Below, piece after piece: positions 58,421-64,000 of a stretch of 64,000 bases of DNA. The stretch is from Candidatus Latescibacterota bacterium (GTDB taxonomy: Bacteria > Latescibacterota > UBA2968 > GCA-2709665), in NCBI GenBank assembly GCA_963667175.2, contig CAXXXF010000018.1, positions 224,001 through 288,000 on the forward strand. Reading direction: 5' to 3'. Under the pieces are notes generated by a model. That model did no database searches. It saw only the letters and a list, made by a program, of their open reading frames with translations, and was not told the DNA's origin. Every line of letters starts with the position of its first letter. Positions within the stretch are counted from its first letter, which is position 1. A program made the translations under genes and the position numbers.

Positions 58421-58702
58421 CTGTCCAAAATCGGTTTCAGTCTTGGACAGCATCTGGTTCACTTCCGCGAAGCAATCCCTCGACCAAGATTGCCTGAGAT
58501 TCACAAAGTGCTTATTTCACGGGCTTATTGAGACGGAAACAGCACAATTATGGCCGCTGGAAACGTCACCTTGTTCTTGGACAGCATTGCGCAGACGATG
58601 GCAAACCTGGTTTTCATTATCCGGGTCAAACCCGTCCAAAATCGCCTATTGTAGCCATTTTTCGAACCTTATCTCTGGGAATCCGACGGTTCTTGGACAG
58701 CA
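58421..58702. repeat. Dispersed TCTTGGACAGCA x3 and GTCCAAAATCG x2 motifs
   Basis: Exact 12-mers at 58441, 58575 and 58691; 11-mers at 58423 and 58634. Confidence 0.65.
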
Positions 58703-58773
58703 GTGAGTTTGAATCAAATGCCGAATCAGTCGACACCAGCGCCGTGAAGTGGCAGGACCAATACGGCCGCAGA

Positions 58774-58879
58774 CCTCTCCCCCCAGCCCCCTCTCCCGGG
58801 GGGAGAGGGGGAGCAGAGCGAGATGTCTTCAAGCGATGACAGTTCTCCCTTCCCCCCGGGAAGGGGGAAAGGGGGTAGG
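58774..58879. repeat. REP/BIME-like pair of GC-rich palindromes
   Basis: CCCCCTCTCCC-GG-GGGAGAGGGGG and TTCCCCCCGGGAAGGGGGAAAGGGGGTAGG, downstream of a stop codon. Confidence 0.7.
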
Positions 58880-58887
58880 TGCCGGCG

Positions 58888-59903
58888 TCAAAAGACCTTC
58901 CCGATTTCATCCCGGTCGAATTCGGGCAGGTCCTCCCAGCGGTCGTCTGTGCGGAGTTTGAGTCCGAAATCGGGCGATTCGGCGCGACCGACGATCTCGC
59001 AGGGAATGCCGGCGTGACGGATGGCGTCGCGAACCGGTTCGGCGTCTCCCGGCGCCAGGCCGATCAACAGCGCGCCGGAGGAGATGACGCCCAGCGGGTC
59101 CAACTGGAAAGCCTCGCACAGCAGACGGGTTTCTTCGGAGGAGAAGAGCGCCTCGCCGTCCACGGCAAGTCCGCAGCTCGAGGCGGCCGCGAGTTCCCGC
59201 AGCGCCGTGGCGACGCCGCCTTCGGTGGGGTCGTGCATCGCGTGCACCGAGGCGATTTTGCACGCGATTCGCGCCTCTCTGATAATACTGAGTCCCGGAT
59301 CGTGAAGGTAGCCGTGCGCGCTATCGAGCAGGTTGGAATCGAATCCCCGGTTGCGCAACTCGACGGCTTTCTCTCTGGCCAGGATGGCGGTGGCTTCGAT
59401 CCCCAACCCTTTGGTCAGCAGAATACTGTCGCCCGGCCGGAGTCCGCTCGACCGGACGAGGTCTTCGCGCCGGACTTCACCCAGCATCTGCCCGACGACG
59501 ATCGGCCGATCCAGACCTGCGGTGACTTCGGTGTGACCGCCGCATAGCGAAACGTCGATCTCACCCGCAGCGCGCCGGAGCGATTCGAAGATGGACCGGA
59601 CAAGGGCCTCGTCCGTCCGGCTTTCGGGCAGAAGCAGTGTGGCCAGGAACCAGCGGGGGGACCGCCCCCATCGTGGCGACGTCGTTGGCGTTGACGTGGA
59701 CCGCTGTAGCGGCCGATCTCGTCGGTTGCGAAAGTAATGGGGTCGGTCTTCACCACGAGGCAGGTCTCGCCGAAGTCAATGACCGCGGCGTCCTCCCCCA
59801 CCTCCGGTCCCACGAGGACCCGCTCGTCGTCGACGCTGCATTCGCGCAGCAAGCCGGAAAGCAGGTCCAGCGGGAGTTTACCTGGCGGCAGAAGGACGCA
59901 CAT
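58888..59903 (-). pseudogene. AIR-synthase-related (HypE/PurM-like) protein, frameshifted
   Basis: GKLP, GEDAA and KTDPIT in one frame; MHDPTEGG and DPLGVISSG in another; shifts near 59650-59710. May be sequence error. Confidence 0.75.
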
Positions 59904-60050
59904 GTTCGTAAGTGGATTGGCGAGCAGAGGCAACCGGTGAGGTCATGGATCGCAGAATTTACGATAGGCCAATTCCAGGGGGGTTGTCAATGGTTTTGCA
60001 GGACTGCGGCGCTGTCCGCCACCGGTAGATTGACAGGCACAGCGAACCGG

Positions 60051-61162
60051 TTATCCAGCGTGTTTAGCCGGCAAACTCCGGGTAGGAGATGATTTCACGT
60101 CAGCGTAGCGAAATTGGATCTGAGCTCCGCGGTGCGGGGGTCGGCGCTGAGGGGGCGTCTCGAGGATCCGTCGAAGTTGCGCCAGACGCGCTTCCGGGTT
60201 CCGCCACCTGTTCAGCAGCGGATGACGCGGGTCGGGCTGGGCATCCAGCAGGGACTGCGCGGCAAGGAGGTGGAAGATGAAGTGATGTCCATCCAACAGC
60301 GCCGCAATCTCGGCCTGTGACGCCGCGCGGTACTCCGACGCAAGGGCGGCATATCTCGCGGTCAGAGCAGGCGTGAGCGCGCTGCAGGTCCGGCCATCCG
60401 GTCGTCCTGCGCCGTGGGAGGTCGTGTACTGGGTCAGCCGGCGTTCGGGCCAGTCCCATCCGATTTTGGAGAATTCGATGAAACGGAGGGTTCGCGTCGC
60501 CGGATTGATCACGATGTTGCGGGCCTGGTAGTCGGTCGGGCCCGGCAGCGGCGAGGCCTGTTCGAGAAACCGTAGAAGCTCGGATAGCCCATCTGAGATT
60601 GATGGCAAAGGCCTGCGGCTGGCAGCCGGAGAGAGCTGTTCAACAAACCGGGGCAGGCCCCCGATAAGACGCCGGGTGGATTGCTGCCAGGCGCGGCGCA
60701 GATCCTTCTGGTGGCAACCCGGAAAGGTACGCGGGGCGAACACGTCTCTGTGCTCATGGAAGACGGATTGAATTCGGCAGAAGCCCTCAACGGCGAGGAC
60801 GCCCATAGGTTCCCGCGGCGCCCTCCTGAAAGGCGTCGTCGAGCGTATGGTCGCCGCACCATTCGAAAAAGACGAGGTCGTGGTCGCGGTCGGCGACGTA
60901 GAGCCTGGGGACGGGCGCCCCGGACAGACGCGCGTGCGAAAGCTGTTCGACGGCCAGCAGATCGTGGGCTTTCCCGCGTGCGAGGGGGAGCGAAAACGTG
61001 GTGTTTGGCAACGAGGAACGAACCGTTGCCGAGGACGATCTTCCAGACGTTCGGGTGACCGGGGAAGGGCTGGATATCTTCGACCGCGGTCCCGCCGGGA
61101 ACGGCGGCGGGAGCGATACGCCTGATGGCGTCGAGCGTCGGATCGGCGGAAGGAGCATGCAT
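60051..61162 (-). pseudogene. Aminoglycoside-phosphotransferase/kinase-like protein, multiply frameshifted
   Basis: LVAKH, VPRLY...FFEWCG and TDYQARN...FIEFSKIGWDW are distributed over three frames. Confidence 0.6.
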
Positions 61163-61179
61163 GGAACGTGGATGAAGTG

Positions 61180-62452
61180 TTACTTCTGCTGGATCTGCCG
61201 CTTTCGCAACGTGAGGAATTCGGGGGCTTCGCGAATACAGGAGACCAGGATGCCGAGGGAACGCCTGAAGGCGTTGAATCCCGTCCGGCGGATCTCGGCG
61301 GCGGCTTCTCCCACGGCGTCGAATCCGTCTTGCGTCGGCGCAAGGTTCTCCCAGTTCCTGAAGAGGCGGCCCCAGTCGCTTTTCAGAACTTCACGCATCC
61401 GCTTCCTGGCGAGAAACGGATACCAGAAGCTGTCGTGGTAGAGAACGCTGGCCAGGTACGACCAGGGCGCCAGGAAGGTCTTGAGAGACCACTCGACGGG
61501 TTTTTTGAGTGGTCCCCAATAGATCTTGTGCTGCATTCGGGACGCGAACGTCATTTTTCGGAAGGGACCGGCGAATTGCCAGCTTTCTTCGGCCGCGGCC
61601 GTGTCCCCCCGCAATCCGGATTCCGCGCGGGTCGCCGCAACCGAGACCGCGGTCGTGCGCGAGACGGATGTATTTGATTGAAAGCGGATCCATCCCCATC
61701 ATCCTGGCCGCCACCGCGTCGATGGCCACCTGGTCCGCGCTTGCCAGGATGACGTTCTTGGTATAGGGAATCATACACCGCGGGCCGGGTCCGTCACCGG
61801 CGAAGGTACCGTCCATGACCGCGAATACGCCGGGATGGATCTTCTTCTGGATCGTCAACAGGTCCACGAGGGTCTCGTGGATGACCGGATGGGTCCAGTG
61901 GCGCCGTTCGTTGAGGAGGCCGCCGAAAGCGTTCTTCATGGCCCCCGTCGTGGTGGTAAATACGTGGGTCTTGACGGTGGGCAGGTGGACGATGTTCTCG
62001 CCGATCAGGCGCCGGGGGATGTGAAAGCCGTCGGGGTAGACCTGGTTCAGGCACAGGAAATCGTCGGCGAGATCGCCCACCGCATCGCGGACGTGGACCC
62101 ATTCCTCGCCTTCGTAGAGGTGGATATTCCGCAGGCCGTGGGCATTGACAACGTGGACCTGCTTGTTCTCTCTCTCGCCCAAGCGGGCGTCGATGACGAC
62201 CGTCCGGTTGTGGCAGGCGTGGATCAGGTCTTTGCGATATCCGTCCTTCGCCATGGCGCGGATCACACCTTCGAGCTGCCATGGGGTCGTGGAACTTCCG
62301 GGATAAAAGAAATGCCAGGAAATATTCACCTTCAGGGCGGTGTCGAGCGTTCTGTCCAGCACGTCCTGGTACCCTGCCAGGTTCATCAGCCTGTGATAGT
62401 CTCTCAAGACCGTGTCAGGCCTGGTTTTCAGGACGGCAACCCGGGTCTGCAT
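61180..62452 (-). pseudogene. DUF362-domain protein, one frameshift near 61605
   Basis: LKVNISWH, LPTVKTH, GAMKNAFGG and DQVAIDAV; the C-terminus continues in ORF 61180-61614. May be sequence error. Confidence 0.75.
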
Positions 62453-62514
62453 AAGGAGCGCCTTCGAACGGTGACGATGATGGGGTGAGACCCGTAACGG
62501 TCGACCGGACCGGC

Positions 62515-63384
62515 TTATTTGAAATAGAGCAGGGCGAAAACGGCGAGAAACCAGAGGCCGCCGTTGATCAGCAGCGACGGATCGCCCAGGATGGTTGAGG
62601 ACGGATTTCCGCCCTCGTTCCTGGCGTAGACCAGATAGAGGTAGCGCAGCAGTCCGTAGATCACGAAGGGTATGGTGAGATTGAGATGCGGTGTTCCGAG
62701 TTTCCGGACGACTTCGGGCGACATGGTGTACAGCGCGTACGAAACGAGTGCGCCCGCGGTGACGACGGCGATCATCTGATCCAGGAACCTCGTCGTGTAT
62801 TCATCCAGGATGCGGCGATGCCCGGCCGCGCCGGCTTCGAGGAGAATCAATTCCTGCCGGCGTTTGACGAATCCCATAAAGAGCGCCAGAAGGACGGTGC
62901 ATAGAATCAGCCAGGAGGAGATTTCCACGCTGATGACCAGCGCGCCGGCGATGGCCCGGAACAGATATCCCGAGGCGACGATCATCACGTCAAGGATCAC
63001 GATATGTTTGAGGTAGAGCGAATAGGCGACGTTCATCAGCCCGTAGGCGAGGAGAATACACCCGAAGGGGACACTCAACAGAAAGGCAGGAGGAAGGACC
63101 GTCAGCGCGATGACGATGGAGGCGGTCGCCGCTGCCGAAAGGCCCAGCCGACCCGATGCAACCGGCCGGCTGCGCTTTTCGGGGTGCCGGCGGTCGGATT
63201 CGACGTCTCGAACGTCGTTCAGAAGGTAGACCGCGCTCGACATGAAGCAGAAGAGGACGAACGCGGCGCCGCTGCGAAGCAGGTAGCGACCGTCGAGCAG
63301 GTGTTCCGAGAAGACCAGCGGGGCCAGCACGAACACGCTCTTGATCCACTGGTGCGGCCGCAGGGCTTGAATGAGTGGATACAT
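62515..63384 (-). CDS. UbiA-family decaprenyl-phosphate phosphoribosyltransferase-like protein
   Basis: RPHQWIK, YLLNDVRDVESDRRHPEKRSRPVASG, YSLYLKH and KRRQE motifs. Confidence 0.9.
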   Translation of the reverse strand: MYPLIQALRPHQWIKSVFVLAPLVFSEHLLDGRYLLRSGAAFVLFCFMSSAVYLLNDVRDVESDRRHPEKRSRPVASGRLGLSAAATASIVIALTVLPPAFLLSVPFGCILLAYGLMNVAYSLYLKHIVILDVMIVASGYLFRAIAGALVISVEISSWLILCTVLLALFMGFVKRRQELILLEAGAAGHRRILDEYTTRFLDQMIAVVTAGALVSYALYTMSPEVVRKLGTPHLNLTIPFVIYGLLRYLYLVYARNEGGNPSSTILGDPSLLINGGLWFLAVFALLYFK

Positions 63385-63460
63385 AGACGGGGGGGTTCGG
63401 ACGTTGGAAGACCGGGGTCGGAATTCCGGCGGATCCGTTTCGGCCTCCGCACGACGGCTT

Positions 63461-64000
63461 TCAGATGGTCAGGCCGAAGTAGATGCGGTTGTTGTCGATG
63501 TCCTGGCCCCGGATGCTGTCGCGGGTCGGAAAGGCAATCTGAAAATAGCCATAAAGGGGAATCCGGTAGTGCGTGAACATCTGCATGCGGAGTTCGAAGC
63601 CCCAGTCGGTCAGGAACGCCGATCGTTTGAACCTGTCATCGGAATCGAGCAGCGCGCGGAGGCTCTCGAAGTTGCCGGTGGCGCCGGTCTCCACGAAGAA
63701 CGTGCCGTAGATCTTGTCGAAGAAGAACGGCGGCAGTTCCTTCGCGGCGCTCTTGAAGATCGGAAAGGTCAGGCTGGCCCTCGCGAGCAGAGCCTTGCCG
63801 CCGGACGTGGAGAAGTAGGGATATCCCCTGAGGGTGCCGAGCCCGCCCAGATAATACCGCAGAGGATAGTAGAATACGCCTTCGGCCGATGAGGTGTTCT
63901 CCTGGACGTCCTTGATGGGTTTGTCCTTGTAGGCGAGGAAAGCCTGGAGGGCGAGCGTCGTTCGGCCGCCAAGGCCGATGAATTCATTCCAGGACACGAC
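63461..64000 (-). CDS. BamA/TamA-like outer-membrane beta-barrel C-terminus, 5'-partial
   Basis: LGGLGTLRGY (VRGF-like lid motif) and terminal beta-signal IYFGLTI. Confidence 0.7.
   Translation of the reverse strand, partial: VVSWNEFIGLGGRTTLALQAFLAYKDKPIKDVQENTSSAEGVFYYPLRYYLGGLGTLRGYPYFSTSGGKALLARASLTFPIFKSAAKELPPFFFDKIYGTFFVETGATGNFESLRALLDSDDRFKRSAFLTDWGFELRMQMFTHYRIPLYGYFQIAFPTRDSIRGQDIDNNRIYFGLTI

Noticed and set aside
58421-58702. CRISPR array
   Set aside because: The repeat is only 12 bp with 104-122 bp between copies, and there are no cas genes in the window.
58888-59903. Hydrogenase maturation gene hypE, or a programmed frameshift
   Set aside because: No hydrogenase genes nearby; neighbouring genes are also broken, which points to error or decay.

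Overview
GC-rich bacterial chromosomal window. Housekeeping and catabolic genes occupy both ends: lolC/E-like permeases, mutY, aroC, a catabolic run at 8.7-16.9 kb, mtnA, rsfS, carA, pyrC, and at the far end LarA-like, Fe-ADH, UbiA-like and BamA-like genes. Between them lies a ~29 kb defence-type island (~26.3-55.1 kb). The island holds an exonuclease-RecQ-UvrD fusion helicase and a vapBC pair. It also holds a type I R-M operon that nests two cargo cassettes (Septu-like PtuAB, and an ART-like small protein with a DUF6575-like partner) separated by relic hsdR/hsdS fragments; its HsdR carries a LexA/CI-type S24 domain. Further along are an IS3-family element, an AT-rich RelE-like pair, a two-gene module (giant tandem STAND-like NTPase plus a HEPN-motif protein) and an ORF-less group II intron inserted in a short repeat. 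The strongest candidates for something new are the STAND-HEPN pair, the HsdR-S24 fusion and the cassette-shuffling architecture of the R-M locus. All calls come from motif reading only; no database searches were run. Frameshifts at 59.6-61.6 kb may be sequence errors.
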